Below are positions 1-11,621 of a stretch of DNA of 64,000 nt, in pieces (the first letter of the stretch is position 1; each line of letters begins with the position of its first letter). This DNA comes from Selaginella moellendorffii (taxonomy: Eukaryota > Plantae > Lycopodiophyta): assembly GCF_000143415.4 (NCBI RefSeq), contig NW_003314297.1, positions 1,390,412 to 1,454,411 on the forward strand, read 5' to 3'. The notes beneath the pieces are model-generated. The model was not told the DNA's origin, made no database searches, and saw nothing but the letters and a program-made list of their open reading frames with translations. Both the position numbers and the translations under genes were made by a program.

Positions 1-1018
1 GCGAAGCTAATGCAAGAGTTCCCGGACAAGTTTGGATTCTCAGTCAGTCACACAACAAGAAAGCCGCGAGAGAAAGAACTTGATGGTGTACACTACCATT
101 TCACAAGCCGTGATAGCATGGAGCTTGCTGTCAACGAGGGGATGTTTCTGGAGCACGCCAACGTGCACGGGAACATGTATGGCACTAGCATTTCAGCGGT
201 TGAAGCAGTCTCTGATGGAGGAAAGGTTGGACTTCTCCTACTTAAAGCTCTAGTTTTGGTGATTTGTTTTAACTCTGAGTTTCTCTGGCAGCGATGCATC
301 CTGGACATTGATGTACAGGGAGCTAAGTCTGTGCGACAGAGCTCGATGGAAGCATTATTTATCTTCATATTGCCCCCATCTTTTGAAGAGCTGGAAAAGC
401 GTCTTCGCGGGAGGTAAAATGGTTTTTAAGTTTTCGAGTGAACTCATACTTTGAGAGTGTTTTCCAGGGGAACGGAGACAGAGGAACAAGTAATGAAGCG
501 GCTTCAAAACGCAAAGCGAGAGCTTGAGCTCGGTAAAGACCCCTTTCTCTTTGACCATGTCTTAGTGAACGACGACCTTGAGTCCACCTACAAGCAGCTG
601 AAGGTAACCGATCATCTTTCTTGCTAAAACAAACTGGCAACATTTCATCGCAGGGTATCCTTGGTCTCGTTGACGATGGTGCCGAAATCCCAGGTAGAAG
701 TTTCCTTTTCTTTGTCTCTCGTCTGACAATCTATTCTTCCTTCTTGCAGCCTCCCGCAAACTCGTAACTGGACTCAAACCAGAAAATGACCATATGAAAG
801 TGTAAGCTTTCTTCAAAGCTTGAAATTTTTTCCACTCAAAAAACTCTGCTTTCAGGCATTTGGTGGATGTTTCGCCCGGTTTTACCAAATGGCAGCCGGT
901 AGAAGCCAGCGAAAAACAAATACCCTGCAAGTACACTAACGCGCTTCACCTCAGCGACTTAGAGATTCTCATGACGGCAAACGATGGCGAGAGCATCGTT
1001 GTGAGGCTGGGGAAGTAG
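1..1018 (+). CDS. GK: Guanylate kinase, 5'-truncated by the window edge, multi-exon
   Basis: [47 protein letters not shown] and [17 protein letters not shown] motifs; short GT-AG introns; probable stop TAG at about 1016-1018. Confidence 0.9.
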
Positions 1019-1057
1019 CAAACTTATATTCCGCTTCTTGCTAGGAACCAATTTTGT

Positions 1058-1765
1058 TCACTGACCAGTTTCCTCGTGACCATTCACAACAACAGGCCGA
1101 GAATTTGCGTATCCTAGCAGCAGTCTCCTACTCGGTGGCCTCTCACGAGTAAAAGCTCTCGTAGGAGGTGGTGGCTTCTTCCTCCTCGCAACATTTCTCT
1201 TCCCAGGTGATGTTCTCTGTAGCTTCCCAGGATCAGGCTGCTCGAGCACCTCCGAATTCTCTTGGTTCTCGCGCCGCTGGCGAGAAGCTCGGATTTTTCC
1301 AGGCGAGAAGGACCAGTCGACCCGGCTGGGATCGAAGAGGTTGGCTCGGAGCTTGGTGTTGGCGACGCGGAAGCTCCGGACGAGCCACATCGTCTCTTCG
1401 GCGTCCTCCATGGTGGGACACTCGCAGTAAGCGTAGCCCACCGATTGCTGGGATGGCCCCCTCGAGACGAAGTCCCAGCGCTCCACGCCCGGGAGGCGCG
1501 CCATGAGGAAGTTAAACTCGCGGCGCTTCACAGTGAGAGGGATGTTCCAGACGCAAATGAGAATGGAGCCACACTCGCTCTCGTGGCCCTCTTTGTTTGT
1601 TCTACGCCATGGCGCTGGATCCTTGGCAGACCTGGAGCTGCTTGAATCGTCGGGAAATCTCTCCAGTCGCTGGCCCAGCGAGGCCGTGGCGACTCGAAAT
1701 CGACGAGGATTGGCGATGATTCGTCCGCCCGGCAGAGCATTCGCGTGAAGAACTATTCCGAGCAT
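1058..1765 (-). CDS. RRM-domain protein, single exon, possibly organelle-targeted
   Basis: RNP2-like ICVWNIP and RNP1-like VGYAYCEC in the ORF 1058..1786; first ATG at 1765; basic Ser/Arg-rich N-terminus. Confidence 0.7.
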   Translation of the reverse strand: MLGIVLHANALPGGRIIANPRRFRVATASLGQRLERFPDDSSSSRSAKDPAPWRRTNKEGHESECGSILICVWNIPLTVKRREFNFLMARLPGVERWDFVSRGPSQQSVGYAYCECPTMEDAEETMWLVRSFRVANTKLRANLFDPSRVDWSFSPGKIRASRQRRENQENSEVLEQPDPGKLQRTSPGKRNVARRKKPPPPTRAFTRERPPSRRLLLGYANSRPVVVNGHEETGQ

Positions 1766-1884
1766 AGCTAGGGTCTTATACTGCAAAGTAAAACAAATTG
1801 TTATGGCTAATAAGACACAACTAATTTTCCAGAGACCTCTCCAAAAGCCCTAGAATTTCCCGAAAAACCCTAAATTTTGGAGCG

Positions 1885-2299
1885 ATGGCCAAGTCGCTGC
1901 GATCCAAGCGCAAGATGCGACTGAGGACGATCAAGCGGGAGATTGCGGAGCCGCACTTCGAGAAGAAGGAGCTAGAGAAGCAGGCGGCGCTCGAGGCGGC
2001 CATGGCGGCGCCCAAGGTGGAGGTGCGCCGCCGCGAGAGCAGCGCCATGGGTGAGTCTATACCGCATTTTGTAGCTCTTGCTTGTGCTCACAGCTGGGGA
2101 TTTCTGGGGTTTTGTTTTTGTCTCTCCCGCAGAGATAGAAGAAGAGAAAGTGGAGGAGCAGGAGAAGAGCGGCGGTGGCGCAATGGAGACGGACATGATG
2201 GCGTCGTCTCTCAAGCCCAAGAAATCGATCAAGAAGAGGAGCAAGAGCAGAGGAAGGCTGAAAAAGGAGAAGCACAGGCAGAAGAAACTTAAGTTTTGA
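1885..2299 (+). CDS. LLPH: LLP homolog / LAPS18-family small basic protein (exons 1885-2050, 2133-2299)
   Basis: N-terminus MAKSLRSKRKMRLR; Lys-rich C-terminus; GT-AG intron with matching phase. Confidence 0.75.
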
Positions 2300-3222
2300 A
2301 GGCTTAGCTCTCGGGATACTAGCGGTGACAAAATGAATCTTGGTCGGCTAGCTAAAAGTTTCTCCTTTTTTGTTTCTTCGCTATGGAAGTAAACCGAGAA
2401 TTGTAATGACAAAATCATGTACTTGAAATTGTCATCGATCGGGTAATCTGTGACGGCAATGGCACCTGCTCCAAAAATTGGCAGCGCAATGAAACTACAG
2501 AAAGTTTAATACGAATTCTGCTAGACTTCTGGTTTTGACAAGATCGGGACCAACGAAGTATCTCTAGAAGACATGTACAAAACCAATCCAAGGTGAGTGG
2601 CAACTCTCAACTGGAGAGTTTTCTCGTACCTTGCAGAAGCGATACATGCACGGCGCCCATGTATAAAATGTACACCTTTGGATCATCAAAACCTTGAGTT
2701 GCAATGCGTGCCAAGAGCAAGGAGGAGATAAGGAGGCGTTATCATTCATGATATGAAAGGTTTTCTTGCAGGGAGCTCGGGATTGGCAATTGAGATATTC
2801 TGACAGCGCCATGGTTTTCTTACTCCGGGATTTCTTACTCTGGACAACTGGATTGCTTGCTTTTGTCAAGAAGAGGAAGTTGTGAAACGATGGGTCACTA
2901 AATCCCTGCGCAAGGCTCGCAAATCGCGGAAATAAGCAGCTCTCGAACAAAAGTATACAAAACACTTATTGGATCGGAATATGACTTATACTTCGAGACA
3001 CACAGACGGGTCATCAGATGCATACTCTACAACCCAACAAGTTAACAGGTGTTTATTCACCACACTATTTAAATAGATAAAGTGCGCTTACGCTTGGGCA
3101 AGTGGGATAAGTGCATTGCCCTAGGTTTTGCCCTACTTAGCTTAGGTCATGTTTAAATTTTAATTAACGAAAACAAAACAAAATACAAATACAAATGATA
3201 AAACCCTCGGGTTTTAGGGTTT

Positions 3223-4370
3223 ATGGCTATGGCGTTGCGCGCGTGCTTGCGCAGGAGATTATGGGCGCGGCACGCGTTCCCAGTGCGCCCAATGTGCACT
3301 GCGCCCACAGACGCGATTGAAATGCCAGGTAAATCGGAAGAATCTTCAGCAGCCCCAGCAGAGGATGGCAGATCGCCGGAGCTCGTCTTCGCCAGCGCAA
3401 TGTTTCACTCCTCCACGAACTGGACCCTCCGCGCCCTTGTGGAGGATTTTTGCAGCCTGCTGGAAGGGAAGAAGCTGATGAACAAGCTGGGCTTGCGCTA
3501 CCTGCGAAAGAGGTGAAAGACGAAACACTTTGATCGCTCCAGGAAAAATCTGATGGAGATGTTTTCTAGGATCGCAGTGGGCTTCGGCAAGCTATCCTCG
3601 GTGGCAAGCGAGAGTATCCGCTGATCCTGGAGAAGGAGTCCAAGATCGGAAGGAAGCCAGTGCCTGTTCCAAAGGGAGTCACTGTGAAAATCGATGGACA
3701 GCTGGTGGAAGTCACGGGTCCGCTGGGGAGCTTGTCGTGGACGTTCCGAGACGAGGTTCGCATCACGCTGGAGAACGATACTCTCATCCTCAAGAGAGTG
3801 ATGGAGACGAAAAAATCTCGAGCCATGCACGGTCTGTCACGGTAAGCTCGACATTCTCATTCTTTTCCTTTCTTCTTCTAGTTTGGTTTGTTTCAGTTTG
3901 CATTACTTTCTCTCTCTCGTAGTTTTGAGTTGTGGTTTCTCAGAGTTTGGTTTCCTTGTTTTTCAGTTTTTTTCATTTCGTGTTTCGTTTGCCCATCGAT
4001 CTCTGATTTTTCTCTCTTTGATTTCTCCAGGCAGCTGCTGAGCAACATGGTGGTGGGAGTTTCACAGGGATTCGAGAAGAAGCTGATCATGGTCGGAGTT
4101 GGCTACCGAGCGGTGGTGCAGGGAAACAAGCTGCTGCTCAACATCGGCTTCAAGATGCCCGAGGTGGTGGCCATCCCCGACGGGATCACGGCGGTGGTGG
4201 AGGAGAACACCAAGATCACAGTCTCGGGGCGCGACAATGTGCTCCTCGGAAACTTTGCGGCGCTCGTTCGATCCAAGCGAAAGCCCGAGCCATACAAAGG
4301 CAAAGGCATCCGATACGCTGACGAGAAAGTGAGAAGAAAGGAGACCAAGAAAGACAAAAAGAAGAAGTAG
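3223..4370 (+). CDS. RPL6: Organellar ribosomal protein uL6, full-length plastid-type, with long N-terminal extension (exons 3223-3512, 3578-3841, 4031-4370; about 297 aa)
   Basis: ESKIGRKPVPVP, AMHGLSR, NMVVGVSQGFEKKLIMVGVGYRA and KPEPYKGKGIRY motifs; the first intron acceptor was chosen to keep frame. Confidence 0.9.
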
Positions 4371-5244
4371 CTCTTGAACGAAGAGAGATTTGCTGCTTCC
4401 ACACTTGGCATACAAATTCACCAAAGCATTCCCCACAAAGGTAGGAGCTATTCAGTGACCTTTGAGCCCGTGATCTTAGCTCGTGCATGGATTCCATTCC
4501 CTCCTCTAGGATATAGCTCTTGTGTTCCTTGTTCTTGGAATTCTCATGAGAGCCGCGAAAAAGGTTCTAGCGATTACCTAGCACCCCTCCCGCTGGAAAT
4601 CCCACGTACGCCATCGTCAAGGAATTCCACGACACGATGTTGTGGCACATCAGGCATGTCCGGGCATTTCTCTAAGGCATTCACAGCACTGTTGTCAAGG
4701 AAGAGTTTCGAGTAGAGGCCGCTCTCCACGTCGACCCCTGTGGAAATTTATGTGTGGAGAGCCTTAGATTATAGTTAAAGGCATAAAGCACAAAATAAAA
4801 CAAATTAAAGTTACACAAAAAACAATGCCAGTATTTAGCAATGTGAAAATCTTTGTTTCCTCATAACTTCAATATAATATAGTGCTTTTTTCTCTTGTTG
4901 CGAGGTCTAGAGATGCAATCCCAAGTATTGTTCCAGCAAGCAAGCTCCTAGGGTGTAAGGTGGAGTTTTACATCCTTTAAGAGTGGGTTGTGAATGCTCT
5001 CCATATTATTGTCTTGATCCATATGCTGTTTGTAATTGTGTTGGAAATTGTTCTTGTGCTTTTTACTATTAACTAGAAACAAAGCATACTTATGTTAGTA
5101 TCAATCAAATAATAATAAATAATAATCTAAAAGCAAGTTTTGCTCGTTGAGGCCCGCCGAATTGGGAGCTTATGGGATCGTGTAGTGGCGGGCGGCATTG
5201 GGAGTTTAAGAAAAAATAATTAAACTTAAACAACTTAGCAAAAG

Positions 5245-5317
5245 TTCCGTTGCCGGGAATTGAACCCGGGTCTCTCGGGTGAGAGCCGAGTATCCTGACC
5301 GACTAGACTACAACGGA
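5245..5317 (-). tRNA. tRNA-Glu(CTC)
   Basis: Reverse complement TCCGTTG...CTCGG-CT-CTC-AC-CCGAG...GGTTCAATTCC...CAACGGAA folds into a 73-nt cloverleaf; TTTT follows. Confidence 0.97.
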
Positions 5318-6057
5318 ATTCTATAGTAAGCTCCGAATTCTTTTCATCATATAGGCTTTGTGACGTGGTACGTGGCAGCGCCGCAGCCGTTTGCTGCATC
5401 TAAACGCGGCCAACGTATCCAAGGGCTCACAGTTTCCTTTCCAGACAACCAAGTGCCCTTCTTTGCGTGAATCGTGGAGATTTTTCCCGAGGCGCCGGAT
5501 TGCTCGATCGATCCATCGCGGGATCGCACTCGAGCGGATCAATTGCTGGCGTTAGGTATTAGCGCGGCGGCCAGCGAGCAATGACGGTATGCGCTCGCTC
5601 GAGGCCAAAAGAATCTTGCATTGACTGGTGGTGTGTCGTGATTCGCCAATTCCAGCGGTCACAGCCAGTTGTGTTCTTCCTTGCTTGCCTTTTTTCCTTC
5701 TTCTTGCTTGAATCTTTCTTCGTGTGGCCGCCGTGCATGGATCGCAATCCCGCAATCCTGAAATATCGACTTCTTGTGCCAGATTGCGAGCGCCGCGAGG
5801 AATGTGGGTCGGGCGCCTGGGATTTCAATGGAGAAGGAGCGATCTTTCCGTCGCCGATCGAGCCGGTGAGTGTCGCAGCTCTTTGTTGAGTGAGGGAAGC
5901 AAGAAAGGAGGGAGAGAGATAGATCGCAGTGATTTTCTCTCGAGGGGGGATAGATCGCGCTGGGAGGAGACGAAGAGATGGCTCTTTCTATTTATTTCGG
6001 AGAGGAAGAGTTAGCGCAGTCCTAGTTGGAGGGAAGAGAGTGGGTATCGCTAACGCT

Positions 6058-6972
6058 ATGCCTTTGGAGCCTCTTCCAGAGAGCATGAAAATTTTCACGC
6101 CGCCGGTCAATGCAGCCAGCCTTGTGGAAAGCTTTGGTGGTTTAAAGCCCGCAAGTAGGTCGAGTGAAAAGGACGTGCTTGTAAAAAAGCGAGGGGGGGA
6201 CGAGGATAGAACAGGACTAGTCGTGGAGTCACTGGGATCATATAACACAAAGGCCAAGGATAAACTCACGGGAACTTCTTCCTCGCCGAGCGTCTACCAC
6301 CACCACCACCACTCGAGCTTCTTGCGGAGAAGAGCAGTGGAAAGTAGTAGCGGCGGTGCTGCTGGAACATCATCTCTGGAGGTGGAGGAGGACGACGAGG
6401 AAGAGGAGTGCCGACGGGTCGTGAGGATCTTTCCTCCACCGCTGCCATCGCTGGCGAGGAAGGGGCCGTCGCAGTTCCCGTGCCAGATGCCGCTGGTGGC
6501 GCTTCACCCGATCAGGAGTCACGGCCGGTTCGTGCTCCAGGAGCTCAAGGTCCCCAAGCAGCTCATGTTCCGGCCCATCCGGACGAAAGGCAGGCTCATC
6601 TTGCAGCTCAAGTATGACGAGGACGAGGATGGCGAGGCGGAGCACGGGTTGATCGGGGGTGGTGGTGGTGGTGGCGAATCCAGCAGCGGAAGCTTTGGAA
6701 GTTCTGATATCTCCGATGCCGCTATCAAAAGCCTGTCGTCCACTTCGAGCGATTCGTCGTCACTGCTGTCTACAGGCCCGGGTTCTTCGTCGATCATACC
6801 TCCAGCTACGAGCCCGACTTCTCCGTCGCTCGTCTCAGCCCCGGCTCCAGCTACAGCTCCAGTTCCAGCTCCGCCGCCCCAAATCATCGACGTTTTCTGT
6901 CAAGGCCCGTGTGGCGGGCGAAAGATGGTCGTTGAAAGCGCCGCGGGGCTGGAACAGGGAACAAAGGCGTGA
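6058..6972 (+). CDS. FANTASTIC FOUR (FAF/DUF3049)-like protein, single exon
   Basis: FPPPLPSL...RSHGRFVLQE...FRPIRTKGRLILQL pattern of the FAF domain within low-complexity Ser-rich sequence. Confidence 0.8.
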   Translation: MPLEPLPESMKIFTPPVNAASLVESFGGLKPASRSSEKDVLVKKRGGDEDRTGLVVESLGSYNTKAKDKLTGTSSSPSVYHHHHHSSFLRRRAVESSSGGAAGTSSLEVEEDDEEEECRRVVRIFPPPLPSLARKGPSQFPCQMPLVALHPIRSHGRFVLQELKVPKQLMFRPIRTKGRLILQLKYDEDEDGEAEHGLIGGGGGGGESSSGSFGSSDISDAAIKSLSSTSSDSSSLLSTGPGSSSIIPPATSPTSPSLVSAPAPATAPVPAPPPQIIDVFCQGPCGGRKMVVESAAGLEQGTKA

Positions 6973-7495
6973 CGAGGTACTGGATTTACGTACGTAAAAA
7001 GTTTCGTACCTATCTCCTCTTTCGTCATGCCGCTCGCTTATCATCTCTTTTCACTTTTGTTCGTTTTGGATAACAAAAACTGCTGCTTCGAGCTTATTGA
7101 AATCTGCACAAGCCAAGAGCACAGCTAAATCGGAGAAGCGGACATTCCTGCTGGATTTGAGCGAGCAAATGGAAACAAGCCACATACCGGAAGAGTGGAG
7201 TAAAATGTCGTCACGAGGTAAAGTTGCATGGAGATGGGGACGTCAGCACGACGTGTGCAGTCGTCGTCCCCGTGTCTTCGCGCATAAAATCCCCGCGAAT
7301 ATGCGCCCGAATCATTCCCCATTCAAAATAACCCGCTCGTGTCGGGCCCGTCTCTTTCTGTTCTTCGTGGGCCTTGGCTATGGACGCGGAGGACGATCCT
7401 GTGGATCCAGAGCCGGCTCTATAGCAAAAAAAAGAAGAGAGAAAGAGGAAAAGATTAGAGAGAAAGGAGAGAGAGAGAGAAGAAAGAAATTCACG

Positions 7496-8601
7496 ATGTT
7501 ACCCAGCTCGTCGTTTCCTCCCGTCTATCAGCAGGACGAGGGAGGAGGCTTCGATCCCACCAAGTCGGACAGGTACTGGGAATCCCCGGCCACCGTCTCT
7601 GTTGTCGACGATGATCTTCGGAGCTGCAACCAAATGCCGTTCAAGAACGAGTTCCAGGAGCTCCTGCCGGTTCCAAACGGGGGCAGCGGCAGCGGCATCT
7701 TCACTCCCGGTTCCCACCACCAACACCAGCTCTTGCAACCACAGCTCCAGTTTGGAGACGAGCAGGCCGCTCCCTTTGGCTCGATCAACGAGGCCCAGGC
7801 GAAGCAGGAGATGCTGGCTTACCAGGCCCTGTGCCAAGCCGAGCTCATGAGGTCGGAGAAGACGCCCCACCGGACGCAATTCCAGAGGGAGAACCACATC
7901 CTGGCCGAGAGGCAGCGGCGCGAGGAGATGAACGAGAAGTTCACGGCGCTCAAAGCGTTGCTGCCAAAGTCAACCAAGGTAAAGCCGTGAGCTAATTATT
8001 CTCTAACGAACATCTACTCAGTTGCTTTACCCGCGTCTCAGAAAGACAAGGCGTCCATCGTTGGCGAGACAATCAACTACGTTCTTGAGCTGGAGAAGAA
8101 GCTCAAGGAGCTGCAGTCGACGGCCAACAGCAAGACTTCCCACCGTCACAAGAGACGAGCACTGCCAGCAGAAGCAAATCCCGAGAGGAGAATAGCAACG
8201 TCGTCAAACGCAGATCAAGGAGAGAACCTGAGCGTAAGCATTTACTTCCGTCTCGATCACTAACGCCGTGCTTAAGAAGTTTGCGTTCAGGTGAAGCCTG
8301 CAGACATTGAGCTACAGTCAATAGGAGGACAAGCGATAATCAAGATGGTTTGCATGCGAAGTCCAGGACTTGCCTTACGAATTCTGGCGACCCTCGAGAG
8401 CTGCCAAGCGCAGGTGATCCAGTCGAACATTGCAACTCTAGGAAGCCATGCCATTCTCTTCTTCACTGTTGAGGTAATATTGATCGAGAATATGATTTCG
8501 TACCTCTATTTTTCTTTTCGTTAATTCAGCTCAGCTCGAGCAATACCAGCACCGAGGAGTTGATCGCAACTCTAGAGCTCGCAGCTAGTCGCAGGGAGTA
8601 A
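7496..8601 (+). CDS. bHLH transcription factor with C-terminal ACT-like domain (exons about 7496-7978, 8042-8233, 8291-8473, 8530-8601)
   Basis: HILAERQRREEMNEKFTALKALLP / KDKASIVGETINYVLELEKKL; ACT-like GLALRILATLE. Confidence 0.92.
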
Positions 8602-8884
8602 AATACCACAATTTTCAGACCATTTGTAGCTTCCAGTGTATTCCATCTACATAAATTCTCCTGGAGGGAGACTTGATAGCACCTTGCTTGCTTTGTGTTC
8701 TTGCTCATTCAGATGATTGACACAACAATGAATTATCGTGATTGACAAAAGTTTCTCCTGGAATAGAAACTCAGTGTCAAAAACAAATTGATTGTCAATA
8801 TCTACAGACAGACATACCACTTATTTCCCATCCCGCGGCAATAAGTATCACATCTTGCTGTAACTGACGACCTTCCAGAGAGTT

Positions 8885-11097
8885 TCAAGCCTGAACAGGT
8901 GTTTTCGGCTGGAACTCTTGCGTTGTCTTTACTGCTCTCGAAGACACAGAGCCCGTACTCAATCTGTGTACCAGCCCAGAGTTCCAGTACGCCGGGATTA
9001 AGACCGTAGGTAGCCTCCTGCTCTCCACCAAGTCTGGATAATCGGTGGTGTAATGTAGGCCCCGACTCTCACGTCTTGACAGTGCACTTCTAACAACGAC
9101 GCGAGCGACACATATCAAGTTCCGCATCTCACAGACCTCCAGGTCCACCATATTTGGCTTCCACCCGTGCCTGAATAAATGGTCCTGCCATGAAGTTTCT
9201 AGCTCTTCCAGCCGTCGCTGTGCGATCTCCAGCCGTTCCGTGGACCTCACTATGCCTACGAAGTTCCACATTATCTGCTGCAGCGACTTTCTCTGAACGG
9301 CCGTGAACTTTCTGATCTCTTCCAACTGACTGTCTTCGAGGATAGCTGTCGACTCCAGCGGACGGGTCCATTCACGAGCCTCGTCCACTGCCCTGTATGA
9401 TCCCTGTACCCGTTGAAAGTGATCATTTGACGGGTTGACGGCTCGTTGAGCGAACACAAGCGCTTCCAGCAGAGAGTTGCTTGCTAGCCTGTTGGCCCCG
9501 TGCAAGCCCGTGCATGTAACCTCGCCTGCTGCGTACAATCCTTCTATGGAGGTCTGACCGGACAATCCTGTTTGGATTCCACCGCACATATAGTGCGCGG
9601 CTGGTACGACTGGTATTGGTTCCTTTGTGATGTCTAGTCCACACTTCAAGCATTCCCGCGCGATGTTTGGAAAGTGGCCGAGAACCTCGCCCGCAGGCTT
9701 GTGGCTGATGTCGAGGTAGACAAATTTCTCGTTGTTCTTCTTGAGTTGATCGTCGATGCTCCGAGCCACCACATCCCTCGGGGCCAACTCCCCTCGGGCG
9801 TCATACAGAGGCATGAATCTTTCCCTGGCCATGTTAAAGAGCTTTCCTCCTGCACCTCGGACAGCTTCGGTGATGAGAAAAGCATTCTCACGTGACTTTG
9901 GCTTGATCGGTAGACCGTCGTCAGCCAAGGCGGTTGGATGGAACTGCACGAATCTGCGATTTGACTGGTTAGAGAACATTTGAGGACAAAGAAGAAAAAC
10001 ATACTCCATGTTAGAAATCACTGCCTGCGCACGATGCCCCATAGCGACTCCATCACCGGTTGCAACCTGCGACATAGAACGCGTAAGTTGTGAAGAGTAC
10101 AGCATTTAGATTACCAGTGGATTGGTAGTACTAGGATAAATGTGACCCGCCCCTCCAGTAGCCAGCAGAGTCACAGCTGAAATAAATCGAACCACCTGAA
10201 CAGAGCGTGATCAGCTTTGGATGAAAGAACTCGCTAGACTCCTCACCTCTTTGGTTCTGACATTCAAAGTATCCAAGCCGTGACACGTGATTGTGTTGCC
10301 ATCCTGTAAAGTTGTCTCAGTCACAGTACAAAGAAATAGTTGACCAACAAACCTCGTGTGTGAGAAGGTCCAGAGCAAAATGATGCTCAAAGATTGAGAT
10401 GGAGGCATTGTTTTTGACAGCGGTGAGCAACGCACGCTCAATCTCCCTCCCAGTCATATCAGCGGTGTGAACTATCCGGTGATGGGAGTGGCCACCTTCT
10501 CTTGCAAGATGGAGCTGGCCATCTTCGCTATGATCAAAAGAAGCTCCAAAGGCCATGAGCTCTTTTACACGCTCGGGGCCCTCCCTGCACACTACCTGTC
10601 ATTCGTAGAAACGACGTGTCTACCAAAACGCTGATTGACAACTAAGATGAACTTACCTCCACTGTTTCTTCGTCACAAAGAAAGGCCCCAGCCACGATTG
10701 TATCTCTCATATGATTCTCCACTGAATCGGACGGGTCTAGAACAGCACTGACTCCCCCTTGGGCATATCTCGTATTGCTCTCCTGTGGCTCCGACTTGGT
10801 GATGATAGCCACCGATCCAAACTTCGCAACGTCCAACGCATACCGAAGGCCAGCAACACCGCTCCCAATCACCAAGAAGTCGAAATATTTCGTCGAGCTT
10901 CCATCCAGACGTGTTCTTGAATGGCGGCCATTCTGGTGTGAGGAAATCCTCCCATTTGCGGCAGCCTTGATTGTAAGGAAGCGATTCGAGGCTTGACACA
11001 GCGCCAAAGAGGCATCCACCGATCGAAAACTCGACAAGCCGGGAGCGAAATACGCCGAGAAGCTGGCCCCTCGCAAGCAGGGAGCTCCAAAATCCAT
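8885..11097 (-). CDS. nadB: L-aspartate oxidase (NAD biosynthesis), plastid-targeted, multi-exon
   Basis: FAD-binding IGSGVAG, NTRYAQGG, EGGHSHHRIVH, QFHPT, HYMCGG, TGLHGANRLASNSLLE and ESRGLHY. Confidence 0.96.
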
Positions 11098-11621
11098 GGG
11101 AGAGTGAGACGATCTGCCAAGATAAAGGGATCAGCAATCCCGAGACCACCGGAACGCTCGATCAAGGTACCTGATTCCAGCGCACAGCTGCACAGACGCC
11201 ATCTCCCAGCTGCGATCGCTCGCTCAAACCCTAGGCGCTAGACTCGGCGCCTTCTCTCTTCTTCCGCCCACTCTTAAGCAAAGGGATGGCGCGGCCCTAT
11301 TTATATGAAATCCATCGATTAAAGAAATTTCCTTGAGCGCGAACAACGCACGGCACCCATTTTAAAACTCTCCCCTTGCACACCGGTCCTCTGCGCCGTC
11401 GATCCGCGCGACGAGGTTCCATTCCGGAATGTGGCCATGGCGATTCAAAGAGGTCGAAGCTTCCGACCGTGGATGAAATTCCGTGGAAGGATCAACGGCC
11501 CTTTAAAAAAGCGTTTGACTAGCTCCAAAAAGCACGCTGATTCAATGGCGGGCGCGAGCCACTAGAGCCTAGTGGCGCCGGCGCCCGCCACGTCAGCACT
11601 CTCTTATTGGGCAAGAATATT

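Noticed and set aside
2560-2970. Minus-strand fragment reading QGFDDPKVYILYMG, like a subtilase I9 N-terminus
   Set aside because: Very short, no start codon in that frame and no protease domain; at most a relic
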